Shown here: one piece after another, positions 33,213 through 42,806 of the stretch
Layout of the letters: each line of letters opens with the position of its first letter
Position numbering within the stretch: the first letter of the stretch is position 1
Source of the DNA: Halofilum sp. (in: g-proteobacteria)
GTDB taxonomy: Bacteria; Pseudomonadota; Gammaproteobacteria; XJ16; Halofilaceae
NCBI GenBank assembly: GCA_033721835.1
Contig: JAWWAE010000001.1
Coordinates: 1-61,867 of the forward strand
DNA length: 61,867 nucleotides
Direction: 5' to 3'
Notes under the pieces: generated by a model
Told to the model about the DNA's origin: nothing
The model's database searches: none
Seen by the model: the letters and a program-made list of their open reading frames with translations, nothing else
Program-made: the position numbers and the translations under genes

Positions 33213-34451
33213 TTACGGCGTCTGGTCGGCCGGCCGGCGCGCCGGCGAGGTCGCGGCGAGGGCCGAGGCCAGCAGCGCGAAGCCGCCGCATGCGCCCGCC
33301 AGCGTGGCGAAGCGGATCCCCGCATCCAGCAGCGCGCCGATCATCGCCGGCGATACGGCGGTGGTGAAGACCACCAGCGCCCACACCAGCGAGCGGATCG
33401 CGCCGAGGTGCGTCGTGCCGTAGAGCTCCGGCCACAGCGCGCCGACGATCGTCAGGGCGGCGCCACCGGTCACGCCGGCCAGGAGCATGAACAGCAGCGC
33501 GATCGTGTCGTGATCCCCGGTGGCGAGCGTGACGAGCCCCAGCGCGAGCGGCAGCAGGTAGAACCCGATCAGTCGCCGCGCGCCGCGGCGATCCACCAGC
33601 CAGCCGAACACCAGCGTCGTGCCCATGGCGAGCAGCGAGTGCAGCATGAAGCCGAAGGCGAACCACTCCATGGTCCAGCCCTTCTCGGCCACCAGCTGCG
33701 CCTGGTGGATGAACACGCCGGTGAACACGAACGGCGGCGTCAGCACGGCCGGCAGCAGGCGGTAAAAGCGGGGGTCGCGCAGGACCTCGCGCAGCAACCA
33801 GTCGCGCTCGGCCGGGTCGGCCGCGATCCGTGCCTGTTCCAGCCCGGCGACCCAGCCGCGGTGGCGGTCGCCGTGGCCGCGTAGCAGCCACAGCAGCAGC
33901 GGCAGCACGAGCAGGGCCAGCGTGGCGGCGATCGCCCCCCAGGTCGTGCGCCAGCCGACGGCCTCGATCAGCGCGACGCCGGTCATCGGCAGCAGGAACG
34001 AGGCCGCCGGGAAGCCGAGGTTGGCGATGCTCAGGGCCCGCCCGCGGCCGGGCCCGAAGTAGCGGCCCATGCTGGTGACGCCGATGTGGCTGAACAGCCC
34101 CTGCCCGGTCAGGCGCAGCAGCAGCAGGCCGACGAACAGGAGGGCCGGCTGCGCGGGGGCGGATGCGAGCCACAGGCAGGCGGCGATGTAGGCCAGGCAG
34201 CCGGCGGCGGTGTAGTGGCGCAGGTCGACCCGGTCGATCAACCGCCCCAGCCACAGCAGGCAGCAGGCGCTGGCGAGCGTACCCAGCGAGTAGAGCGTGC
34301 CGAACCCGCCGTGATCGAGCCCGAACTCCACCCGCAGCGGCGCGCCGAAGACCCCGACGAAGAACGTCTGGCCGAAGCCGGAGAAGAAGGTGGTCAGGAA
34401 GCCAAACGCGAGAAAGCGCCGGTTTCCCGCGATGAAGCGGAAATAATCCAC
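33213..34451 (-). CDS. MFS transporter
   Basis: FFSGFGQTFF, GRLIDRVD, GWLVDRRG motif A, ELYGTTHLGAIRS; GTG start. Confidence 0.9.
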   Translation of the reverse strand: MDYFRFIAGNRRFLAFGFLTTFFSGFGQTFFVGVFGAPLRVEFGLDHGGFGTLYSLGTLASACCLLWLGRLIDRVDLRHYTAAGCLAYIAACLWLASAPAQPALLFVGLLLLRLTGQGLFSHIGVTSMGRYFGPGRGRALSIANLGFPAASFLLPMTGVALIEAVGWRTTWGAIAATLALLVLPLLLWLLRGHGDRHRGWVAGLEQARIAADPAERDWLLREVLRDPRFYRLLPAVLTPPFVFTGVFIHQAQLVAEKGWTMEWFAFGFMLHSLLAMGTTLVFGWLVDRRGARRLIGFYLLPLALGLVTLATGDHDTIALLFMLLAGVTGGAALTIVGALWPELYGTTHLGAIRSLVWALVVFTTAVSPAMIGALLDAGIRFATLAGACGGFALLASALAATSPARRPADQTP

Positions 34452-34518
34452 CGGGACCTCGGGAGATCTGCAACGGGGAGCGGGCACCGGGGGCCGGTAC
34501 CGGCGACGCGCGAGTGTA

Positions 34519-36048
34519 TCAGAGGGCCGCGTGCACGTCGGTCGCGCCATGCGCTCGGTCGAGCACCCGCAGGGCCACCGCCTCGGCGACGTGGGGCGCC
34601 TCGACCCGCTCCTCGCCGGCGAGGTCGGCGATGGTGCGCGCCAGCCGCAGGCTGCGATGCCAGGCGCGGGCCGACAGGCCGAGTCCCTCGATGGCCGCAT
34701 CGAGCTGGGCCAGGGCGGCCGGCGTGGCGCCGGCGTCGCGCTCCATCTCCGGCCCGGGCACCGCGCCGTTGGCGCGGCCGTGGCGCTGCAGCGCGCGCTC
34801 GCGGGCGGCGCAGACGCGGCCCCGCACGGTGGCGCTGCCCTCCGCCGCGGGGTCGGGGCCGCGCAGGCGCGTGGCCGGCAGGCGCGGGACCTCCACGTGC
34901 AGGTCGATGCGATCCAGGAACGGGCCCGACAGGCGGCCCCGGTAGCGACGCACGGCCTCGGGCGTGCAGCGGCAGACACTGGCCGGGTCGCCGAGCTGGC
35001 CGCAGGGGCAGGGATTCATCGCCGCGACCAGCTGGAAACGGGCCGGGAAGTCGGCGCTGCGCGCCGCGCGCGAGATGGTGATGCGGCCGTTCTCCAGCGG
35101 CTCGCGCAGGACCTCGAGCACCTTCCGGTCGAATTCCGCCAGCTCGTCCAGGAACAGTACCCCGTGATGCGCCAGCGAGACCTCGCCCGGCCGCGGGTGG
35201 CTGCCGCCGCCTACCAGCGCCACGCCGGAGGCGGTGTGGTGCGGCGTACGGAACGGGCGCCGGCCCCAGTTCGCGGGCTCGAAACCACGCGCGCCGACCG
35301 AGGCGACCGCCGCCGCCTCCAGCGCCTCGCTGGCGCTCATCGGTGGCAGGATGCCGGGCAGCCGGGCCGCCAGCATCGACTTGCCGGTGCCGGGCGGGCC
35401 GACGAACAACAGGTTGTGGCCGCCGGCCGCGGCGATCTCGAGCGCGCGCCGCGCCCGCTGCTGGCCGCGCACGTCGGCCAGGTCCGGCAGTGTCGCGTCG
35501 GCAGCGGGTGCCGGTGCTGCGTGCGGCCTGCATTCGGCCGTGCCGCGCAACCGCGCGCAGACATCGAGCAGGTGCCCGGCCGGGTACACGGGCGCGCGAT
35601 CGGCCAGCGCCGCCTCGTCGGCGTTGGCCAGCGGGACGGTCAGGGCGCGGCCGGCGCGGCCGGCGCCGATCGCGGCCGGCAGCGCGCCCAGCACCGGCCG
35701 CAGCGCGCCGCCGAGCGTCAGCTCGCCGATGAATTCGTGTCCGGCCAATACGGGTGATGGGAGCTGGCCCGAGGCGGCGAGGATGCCGAGCGCGATCGGC
35801 AGGTCGTAGCGGCCGCCCTCCTTGGGCAGGTCGGCCGGTGTGAGGTTCACCGTGATGCGCCGTCGGGGATAGTCGAACCCGGCGTTCTGCAGGGCCGCGC
35901 GCACGCGGTCCTTGCTCTCCTTCACCGCCGTCTCGGGCAGGCCGACGATCGACAGTGACGGCAGCCCGCCGGCGAGATGCACCTCGGCGTCGACCGGCGG
36001 CGCATCGATGCCGTGCAGGGCACGCGTGTGGACGATGGCGAGTGTCAC
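34519..36048 (-). CDS. comM: YifB/ComM Mg-chelatase-like AAA+ ATPase
   Basis: IVGLPETAVKESKDRVR, GPPGTGKS, LAHHGVLFLDE, MNPCPCG. Confidence 0.95.
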   Translation of the reverse strand: MTLAIVHTRALHGIDAPPVDAEVHLAGGLPSLSIVGLPETAVKESKDRVRAALQNAGFDYPRRRITVNLTPADLPKEGGRYDLPIALGILAASGQLPSPVLAGHEFIGELTLGGALRPVLGALPAAIGAGRAGRALTVPLANADEAALADRAPVYPAGHLLDVCARLRGTAECRPHAAPAPAADATLPDLADVRGQQRARRALEIAAAGGHNLLFVGPPGTGKSMLAARLPGILPPMSASEALEAAAVASVGARGFEPANWGRRPFRTPHHTASGVALVGGGSHPRPGEVSLAHHGVLFLDELAEFDRKVLEVLREPLENGRITISRAARSADFPARFQLVAAMNPCPCGQLGDPASVCRCTPEAVRRYRGRLSGPFLDRIDLHVEVPRLPATRLRGPDPAAEGSATVRGRVCAARERALQRHGRANGAVPGPEMERDAGATPAALAQLDAAIEGLGLSARAWHRSLRLARTIADLAGEERVEAPHVAEAVALRVLDRAHGATDVHAAL

Positions 36049-36223
36049 GGCGAGTTCCCTCTCGCGTCCGCAGGGGCCATTCCGGGTCCCCGGCAGGGCC
36101 GGGTGTCGACCCGCTGTGAGTTTCGCGGCCCGCGCGCCGTGCGCAGTGGCCGCCGCTGTCAGCCGTGCCCGATCGCCCGGGTCGATCGCGGTCGGGCCAC
36201 GATCCGGCCCGGTCGTGCCGGGC

Positions 36224-36853
36224 CTACTGGATCATCTCCCGATACTCGGACGGGACCTGGGCGGCCTCCAGCTTTTTCTGCTCGCGTTCGTCGTGGGCGA
36301 AGGCGACGAGGTCGGCGAGCTCCTGGCCGCTCAACTCGATCTGGTCGCCGAACAGCCGCTGCTGCATCTCGATCATCGCGTCTGCCCCACGCCACATGCG
36401 CGCCGCGAACTCGAAGGCGTTCATCGGCACCGGCATGTCGGCCGCGTTCAGTGACGGCCCGATCCGTCCACCGACCCCGTTCACCCGGTGGCACACGACG
36501 CAGCCCTTGCTGACGAACAGCTCGCGTCCGCGGTGCGGGTCCATCGGCGGCACGGCCAGCCCGATCTCGACCATCTCGTGGACGATCGCGTCGATCTCGC
36601 TGGGCGACAGCGATTCCATGGCCTGGAAATCGTGTTCGTGGTCGTGCCCCTCGTGCATCTCGCGCATCTGGTCGATCATGGCCTTGGTGTCCGAGCCATG
36701 ACCGTGTTCCGCCTGCTCGTCGTGGGCGTGGTCGTCCTGTCCACCATTTGCCCATGCCACGGGATTGATGGCGACCAGCGGAACCGCGAGGAAAACCAGG
36801 ACCAGGACCTTCGACACGGACTCGCTCCTGTTGAATGGGTTCATGCTGGGCAT
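36224..36853 (-). CDS. Exported monoheme cytochrome c with His-rich N-terminus
   Basis: Signal peptide, HAHDEQAEHGHG...HEGHDHEH, GRELFVSKGCVVCH, IGPSL. Confidence 0.82.
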   Translation of the reverse strand: MPSMNPFNRSESVSKVLVLVFLAVPLVAINPVAWANGGQDDHAHDEQAEHGHGSDTKAMIDQMREMHEGHDHEHDFQAMESLSPSEIDAIVHEMVEIGLAVPPMDPHRGRELFVSKGCVVCHRVNGVGGRIGPSLNAADMPVPMNAFEFAARMWRGADAMIEMQQRLFGDQIELSGQELADLVAFAHDEREQKKLEAAQVPSEYREMIQ

Positions 36854-36892
36854 CGTTCTCCGCTCGATCGGTTCATTGACGTGACGGCGGGC

Positions 36893-37174
36893 TCAGTCCG
36901 GATCGGCCGGGGACTCGTCCTCGGGCGGGGTGATGCCCGCCTTGCGTTCCAGGGCCGCGATGCGCCGCGACAGCGACTCCACCTGCTCGCGGGTGCGCCC
37001 GAGCACCGCCGACTGGGCGTCGAACTCCTCTCGCGTGACCAGGTCCATGCGGCTCAGGGCCGACTGCAGGGTCGCCTTCGCGTTGCGCTCGAAATCGGCA
37101 CGCATCTCGTGCGCCCCCTCGGGCAGCAGTTGGCCGAGGCGGTTGGCGAGGTCTTCGAGGGGATTGCGGCTCAT
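36893..37174 (-). CDS. ubiK: Ubiquinone biosynthesis accessory factor (BMFP/YqiC family)
   Basis: MDLVTREEFDAQSAVLGRTRE...IAALE; near comM. Confidence 0.9.
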   Translation of the reverse strand: MSRNPLEDLANRLGQLLPEGAHEMRADFERNAKATLQSALSRMDLVTREEFDAQSAVLGRTREQVESLSRRIAALERKAGITPPEDESPADPD

Positions 37175-37247
37175 CGGCTTCCTTCCGGATGCATTGACTC
37201 CACTCTAGCAGCCTGCCCGCAAAGGGCAATACTGCGGAGTTCTCGGG

Positions 37248-37310
37248 GACCACAGATGAACACAGATCGCTGCCGCCCGGCGCGTGCAGGCGCGTCAGAG
37301 CTGCGCTGGC
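37248..37310 (+). repeat. Lone tandem arm (CACAGAT, 10-nt period) with conserved inner segment
   Basis: gaccacagat-gaacacagat...ggcgcgtcagagctgcgctgg; inverted homologue at 40141-40213. Confidence 0.75.
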
Positions 37311-37339
37311 GGGTGTTCGTAGCGGAGCGGTTTGTCCGG

Positions 37340-37518
37340 GAACCACGAATGCACACGAATGGACACGAATAAATCCAGGCGGTCGCAAGGATGACGTAGC
37401 TGCGCTTTTGCGAAGCAAACGCGTACGCCCGCCTCGCAACGCAACGTACGCGTTCGCCTGCGGCGAAAGCGCACCTACGGTTCCTCTATTCGCGTTGATT
37501 CGCGTTCATTCGCGGTTC
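37340..37518. repeat. Composite element: 3x10-nt tandem arms enclosing an 83-bp GTAG-type REP doublet (37396-37478)
   Basis: aaccacgaat-gcacacgaat-ggacacgaat ... GTAGcTGCGCTTTTGCGAAGCAAACGCGTAC...GTACGCGTTCGCCTGCGGCGAAAGCGCACCTAC ... attcgcg x3. Confidence 0.92.
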
Positions 37519-38692
37519 TCGTACTCGCGGAGCGCCCGCGCGCGGCCACGAGGGCGATGCCGGCGATGGTCGCCAGTGCCACCGCGCCGCCGACCAGGCC
37601 GTTGGCTGCGAGCGACCAGTGGTGGGCGCTGAGGCCGCCGAGCGCGGCGCCGATTCCCTGACCGAGGAACAGCGCCGAGGCGTTCAGCGACAGCACGATG
37701 TCGCGCTCGTCCGGCGCGATCCCGATCAGCCGATGCTGCTGTACCGGGCCGAGCGCGAACAGCGCCCCGCTGGCGATCATCATGGCGGCCCCGACGAACA
37801 CGACCGAGGCCGCGGTCGCGCTCCACCCCGGGACCAGCATGAACAGGGAGTAGACCGGCTGCGCCAGCAGGATCGCGGCCAGCATCGTGGCGACCAGCCC
37901 GAGCGAGGCGCCCCGGTCGGCCAGCCAGCCGCCGAGCGGCACGCCGAGCACGCCGCCGAGGCCGAGCACGACCTGCATCATGGCGATGCCGGCCCCGCCG
38001 AAGCCGTTGGCGCGGGTGACGATCGGCCCGATGTAGGCATTGGTGCAGAAGACCGCGACGAAGGCCAGCGTCGTGATCGCCAGGTTGCCCGCGACCGCCG
38101 GCCGCAGCACCACCGCGATGCCGCGCAGGCCGCGGCTGGAGGTGCCCGGCAGCCGCGGCAGCGCGGGCGCGATCACGGCGAGGCTGACCAGGCCGAGGAT
38201 GGCGGCGAAGCCGAACGAGGCGCGCCAGCCGGCGGTGCTGCCGAGCCAGGTGCCGAGCGGGATGCCGCCCAGGAAGGCGGCGGTAAGCCCGAACAGTACA
38301 ACGGCCATCGCCCGGCCCTGGTAGCCCGGCCCCGCCAGCGTGACCGCGGTACCCATCGCGATCGGCATGTACAGCGCCGTGGCCAGTGCCGCCAGCACCC
38401 GCAGCGGGACCAGCGCGGCGAAGTCCGGTGCCAGCGCCATGCCGGCGTTGGCGACGGTGAAGACCAGCAGCGCGAGGGCCAGCAGGGGCCGTCGTGGCAA
38501 GCGCGCGGTCAGGCTGACCAGCAGCGGCGCGCTCAGTGCATAGGCGATGGCGAAGGCGGTGGCGAGCTGGCCGGCGGTCGCGATCGACACCCCGAGGTCG
38601 TTCGCCAGCGGCTCGAGCACGCCGACGAACACGATGTTGCCGGTGCCGACCGCGAATGCGCCCAGCGGCAGCAGGAAGATGCGCGGATCCAT
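37475..38692 (-). CDS. MFS transporter (DHA1/AraJ-NepI-like)
   Basis: LGAFAVGT...AGQLATAFA...GIPLGTWLG...GWRASF; C-terminus runs into the repeat. Confidence 0.9.
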   Translation of the reverse strand: MDPRIFLLPLGAFAVGTGNIVFVGVLEPLANDLGVSIATAGQLATAFAIAYALSAPLLVSLTARLPRRPLLALALLVFTVANAGMALAPDFAALVPLRVLAALATALYMPIAMGTAVTLAGPGYQGRAMAVVLFGLTAAFLGGIPLGTWLGSTAGWRASFGFAAILGLVSLAVIAPALPRLPGTSSRGLRGIAVVLRPAVAGNLAITTLAFVAVFCTNAYIGPIVTRANGFGGAGIAMMQVVLGLGGVLGVPLGGWLADRGASLGLVATMLAAILLAQPVYSLFMLVPGWSATAASVVFVGAAMMIASGALFALGPVQQHRLIGIAPDERDIVLSLNASALFLGQGIGAALGGLSAHHWSLAANGLVGGAVALATIAGIALVAARGRSASTRTANERESTRIEEP

Positions 38693-38887
38693 TATCGGCG
38701 GACGGGCCCGCCCGGGAGGCGTGTCGAGAGCGGATCGCCGTCGCCGCGCAGCGTGCCCGCAACGAGCGGGATGGGGGCCAGCTCGCTCGTGCTCGTGCCC
38801 GGCAAGTCTCTGCCCGGGGCGGTCGCGGCTGCAGCCGCTCCCGTGGCGCCCGTCCCGCTGTGGTCGCGGATCTCAACGGCCGCGCGG

Positions 38888-39760
38888 CTAGTCATCGATG
38901 CCGAGCGCCCGGCGCACGAACGCCGGCTGCGTCAGCGCCGCACGGTGAACCGCGGCGGTGTAATACTCGGTGTCGAAGCCCGGGGCCTCGGCGTCGGCCG
39001 CGCGCGCAAGGCCGGGGCCGGCGTCGCGCCCGGCCAGGGTCGCGGTCCACCAGCCGGTCGGGTACACCGGCTGCGGGAAGTGCAGCACTGCCGGCGCGGC
39101 GAAGCCCGCCGCCTGCATCGCCTCCCGCATCGGTCGCAGGATGCTGTCCATGTGCGCCAGCGGCGACTCGCTCTGCTGCACGAGCAGGCCGCCTGTCGCC
39201 AGCGCGCGATGGCAGTCACGGTAGAAGGCCTCGCCGAACAGGCCCTCGCCCGGACCGATCGGGTCGGTCGAGTCGACGATGATCACGTCGAGTGCCCCGG
39301 CCTCGGTCTCGCGCACCCAGTCGATCGCGTCGGCGAACTCCAGCCGGGCGCGCGGATCCTCGTTGGCCTCGCACAGGGCGGGAAAGTATTCCTCCGCCAC
39401 GCGCGTCACGCGCTCGTCGATGTCGACCTGGGTCACCTGCTCGACGCACGCGTGCTTGAGCACCTCGCGCAGGGTGCCGCAGTCACCGCCGCCGACGATC
39501 AGCACCCGTTTCGGATCCGGGTGCGAGAACAGCACCGGGTGCGCCAGCATCTCGTGATAGAGGAAGTTGTCGCGCTCGGACAGCATCAGGAAGCCGTCGA
39601 TCACCATGACCCGGCCGAACCAGGTGGTGCCGTAGACGTCGATCGTCTGGTATTCGGACTCCTCGTGATGCAGGTGCCCTTCCGGACCGAGTTCGAGCGA
39701 GAACGCGGAACCGGACTCTGCGCAGATCTCCGTGAACCACTTGCTGCTGTCGAGCGCCAT
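38888..39760 (-). CDS. speE: Spermidine synthase (polyamine aminopropyltransferase)
   Basis: SEYQTI, YHEMLAHP, VLIVGGGDCG, DVIIVDSTDPIGPG. Confidence 0.95.
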   Translation of the reverse strand: MALDSSKWFTEICAESGSAFSLELGPEGHLHHEESEYQTIDVYGTTWFGRVMVIDGFLMLSERDNFLYHEMLAHPVLFSHPDPKRVLIVGGGDCGTLREVLKHACVEQVTQVDIDERVTRVAEEYFPALCEANEDPRARLEFADAIDWVRETEAGALDVIIVDSTDPIGPGEGLFGEAFYRDCHRALATGGLLVQQSESPLAHMDSILRPMREAMQAAGFAAPAVLHFPQPVYPTGWWTATLAGRDAGPGLARAADAEAPGFDTEYYTAAVHRAALTQPAFVRRALGIDD

Positions 39761-39920
39761 GGCGAATCCCTCCGGTGGCGGGGCCGGCCACGGTGCGCGC
39801 GCCGGCCGTCGATTCCCTTCCGCACCAGCTGCGACGTACCCGCGGCAGGGCCCCGGATGATGCCGCGCCCCCCGACCCGATGCAACGCCGCGCGGAAAGG
39901 CGGAGCGGCGAGAAGAGAGG

Positions 39921-40213
39921 GACCACAAAATGGACACGAGATGAACACGAGATGATTCGTCGTTGCGGGTAATCAGCCCGCCGACGGTGGAATCCCGATA
40001 TGTGTCCAATTCGTGTTCATTCTGTGGTTCTTGCAGGTACGCGTTCGGCTGCGGCCAAAGTGCGCCTGCGGGTTCCTGCATTCGTGTTCAGGTCGTGTTC
40101 ATGCGTGGTGCCGGGACTTGCCTCGCCGCCGGAAGGACGCACCAGCGCAGCGCTGACACGCCATCCCATCGCGGGTGGCGGCATCTGTGTTCATCCGTGT
40201 TCATCTGTGGTTC
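39921..40213. repeat. Repeat stack: 11-nt tandem inverted element (39921-40030), degenerate right half of the REP composite (40037-40109), lone CACAGAT arm (40141-40213)
   Basis: gaccacaaaat-ggacacgagat-gaacacgagat...ttcgtgttcattctgtggttc; gtacgcgttcggctgcggccaaagtgcgcctgc; atctgtgttc-atccgtgttc-atctgtggttc. Confidence 0.85.
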
Positions 40214-40253
40214 TCTTGTCGACTCTGAAACAGCGGCACAAGGACCCCCGACC

Positions 40254-41486
40254 ATGACCGAGATCGTTACCGAGAGCGTCGAGTTTCCCGGCGGCGAGGG
40301 CCACGCGTTGTCGGCCCGGCTCGAGCGGCCGGCGAGCGGTCCCGTGCGTGGCTGGGCGCTGTTCGCGCACTGCTTCAGTTGCGGCAAGGACATCCGGGCC
40401 GCGCGCGATATCAGCCGCGCACTCGCCGGCTGCGGGCTGGCCGTGCTGCGCTTCGACTTCACCGGGCTCGGCGCCTCCGAAGGCGAGTTCGCCGCGACCA
40501 CCTTTTCCTCCAACGTCGCCGACCTGGTGGCCGGCGCCGACTGGCTGCGTCGCCACCACGGCGCGCCGCGGGTACTGGTCGGACACAGCCTCGGGGGCGC
40601 CGCGGTGCTGGCGGCCGCCGGCGAGATCCCGGAGGTGGCGGCCGTCGCCACCATCGCCGCGCCGAGCGACCCGGCGCATGTCCGCCGCCAGTTCGGCGAC
40701 GCGGTCGACGCGATCGAGACCGAGGGCCGGGCCAGCGTCAGTGTCGGCGGCCGCGAGCTCTCGATCGGGCGCGAGTTCCTCGACGACATCGAGCGCTGGG
40801 ACCTGCTCGGCCGCGTGCGCGACCTGCGGCGCGCGCTGCTGGTGTTCCACGGCCCGCTCGACGCCGTGGTCCCGATCGAGCACGCCCGGCGGCTGTTCGA
40901 GGCGGCGCGGCACCCGAAGAGCTTCGTCTCGCTCGACTCGGCCGATCACCTGCTGGCCGATCCGGCCGATGGCGCCTACGTGGCGACCGTGCTGTCGGCG
41001 TGGGTGTCGCGCTACCTGCCGCGGGTGGATGCGGAGGCCGAGGAGGCGGGACCGGCTCCGCGCGAGGTCATCGTGCGCGAGAACGGCCGCGGCCCGTTCG
41101 GCAACGACGTCCTTGCCGGAGGTCACCGGCTGCCGGCGGACGAGCCGCCCGCGGTCGGTGGCGCCGATACCGGCCCCTCGCCCTACGTCTACCTGCTGGC
41201 GGCGCTCGGCGCCTGCACCTCGATGACGCTGCGGATGTACGCGCGCCACAAGGGGCTGTCGCTGGAGCGGGTGGCAGTCACGCTGCGGCACGACCAGGTC
41301 CATGCCGAGGACTGCGCCGACTGCTGGTATCGGGAGGGCCGGATCGACCGGATCGAGCGCCGGATCGCGGTCACCGGCGAGCTGACGCCCGCCCAGCGCA
41401 CCCGCCTGCTGGAGATCGCCGACCGTTGCCCGGTGCACCGCACGCTGACCGGCCAGCTCGAGATCCACACCCGCGCCGTCGAGTGA
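40254..41486 (+). CDS. Bifunctional alpha/beta hydrolase - OsmC family protein
   Basis: FAHCFSC, GHSLGG, HPKSFVSLDSADHLL; OsmC domain GACTSMT...CPVHRTL. Confidence 0.93.
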   Translation: MTEIVTESVEFPGGEGHALSARLERPASGPVRGWALFAHCFSCGKDIRAARDISRALAGCGLAVLRFDFTGLGASEGEFAATTFSSNVADLVAGADWLRRHHGAPRVLVGHSLGGAAVLAAAGEIPEVAAVATIAAPSDPAHVRRQFGDAVDAIETEGRASVSVGGRELSIGREFLDDIERWDLLGRVRDLRRALLVFHGPLDAVVPIEHARRLFEAARHPKSFVSLDSADHLLADPADGAYVATVLSAWVSRYLPRVDAEAEEAGPAPREVIVRENGRGPFGNDVLAGGHRLPADEPPAVGGADTGPSPYVYLLAALGACTSMTLRMYARHKGLSLERVAVTLRHDQVHAEDCADCWYREGRIDRIERRIAVTGELTPAQRTRLLEIADRCPVHRTLTGQLEIHTRAVE

Positions 41487-41488
41487 GC

Positions 41489-42619
41489 ATGCGCCTGGTC
41501 GTGGACGAGAACCTCGCCGCGGCCGAAGCGGCGCTGGCCCCGCTGGGCGAGGTCGTCCGCCGGCCGGGCCGGGCGATCGGGCCGGCCGACGTCGCCGCCG
41601 CCGACGCGCTGTTCGTGCGCTCGGTCACGCCCGTGGGCCCCGAACTGCTGGCCGGCTCGCCGGTGCGATTCGTGGGCTCCGCCACCATCGGCATCGATCA
41701 CGTCGACACGGACTGGCTGGCCGCTCAGGGCATTGGCTTTGCCAGTGCGCCGGGCTGCAACGCGGCCGCGGTCGCCGACTGGGTGGTGGCGGTGCTGGCC
41801 GCGCTGGCCGCCGAGGGCCGCCACTGCTTCGGCCACGGCAGCGCCGGCGTGATCGGCGTCGGCAACGTCGGCCTCCGGGTGGCCGCAAGGCTGCGCGCGC
41901 TCGGCTACCGGGTCCGGCCCTGCGATCCGCCGCGGGCCGCGGCCGAGGGCAGCGCAGGCTTCGTGGATCCCGCCACCGCGCTCGCGAGCGATGTCGTGAC
42001 GCTGCACGTGCCGCTGACCGACGCCGGCGCGCACCCGACCCGCGGCCTGGTCGACGCCACCGCGCTGGCGGCCATGCCGGCGGGCGCGGTCCTGCTCAAC
42101 TCCGCGCGCGGCGGCGTGGTCGACGAGGACGCGCTCGCCTCGCGCCTCGATGACGGTCCGGACCTGCATGCGGTGCTCGACACCTGGGCCGGTGAGCCGG
42201 CGATCGACGCGGGGTTGTTGGCGCGGACCGCGCTCGGCACACCCCACATCGCCGGCTACAGCCTCGAGGGGCGCCTGCGCGGCACGGCGATGGTGGCGGC
42301 CGCGGCGGCTGCCTTCTTCGGTGTCACGAGCGACTGGGACTGGCGCGCCGAGCTGCCGCCCGCGCCGGCCCTGGCGCCGGCGAGCGACCCGCTCGCGACC
42401 ATCCTCGGTGCCTACGACCCGCGCCGCGACGACGCGGCCCTGCGCGGCCTGCTCCGGTGCCCGGGCCCCGAGCGCCCCGCGGCCTTCGACGCGCTGCGGC
42501 GCGGCTACCCGATGCGGCGCGAGTTCGGGTACCACCCGTGCGTCGATCCGCCGGCGGCCCTGCGGGCCGCGGGTTTCGGCGCCCCGGAGGGCCTGCCCGG
42601 CGACGCACTCGCCGATTGA
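41489..42619 (+). CDS. pdxB: 4-phosphoerythronate dehydrogenase
   Basis: MRLVVDENL, VRSVT, SATIGIDHVD, APGCNA, TPHIAGYSLEG, LRRGYPMRREF. Confidence 0.93.
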   Translation: MRLVVDENLAAAEAALAPLGEVVRRPGRAIGPADVAAADALFVRSVTPVGPELLAGSPVRFVGSATIGIDHVDTDWLAAQGIGFASAPGCNAAAVADWVVAVLAALAAEGRHCFGHGSAGVIGVGNVGLRVAARLRALGYRVRPCDPPRAAAEGSAGFVDPATALASDVVTLHVPLTDAGAHPTRGLVDATALAAMPAGAVLLNSARGGVVDEDALASRLDDGPDLHAVLDTWAGEPAIDAGLLARTALGTPHIAGYSLEGRLRGTAMVAAAAAAFFGVTSDWDWRAELPPAPALAPASDPLATILGAYDPRRDDAALRGLLRCPGPERPAAFDALRRGYPMRREFGYHPCVDPPAALRAAGFGAPEGLPGDALAD

Positions 42620-42806
42620 ATTCCGAGCAGGCCCGCAATCACCGCCGGCGGCGGGCCGGGCAAGGCCGGCGTTACGCGCCGGCTGCAGCCACTGTTCGAA
42701 GGATTTGAACAATCCCATCGCCAGATTCCGCCCATTTTCCCGGGCGCCTGCGGCATCCTGCACCCATCATTCAAACTTGCCGAAAGCAGATTGGGAGGCA
42801 GTCGCC

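Noticed and set aside
37340-37518. Regularly spaced repeats as a CRISPR array
   Set aside because: Units are 7-11 nt, adjacent and inverted, with no unique 30-40 nt spacers and no cas genes
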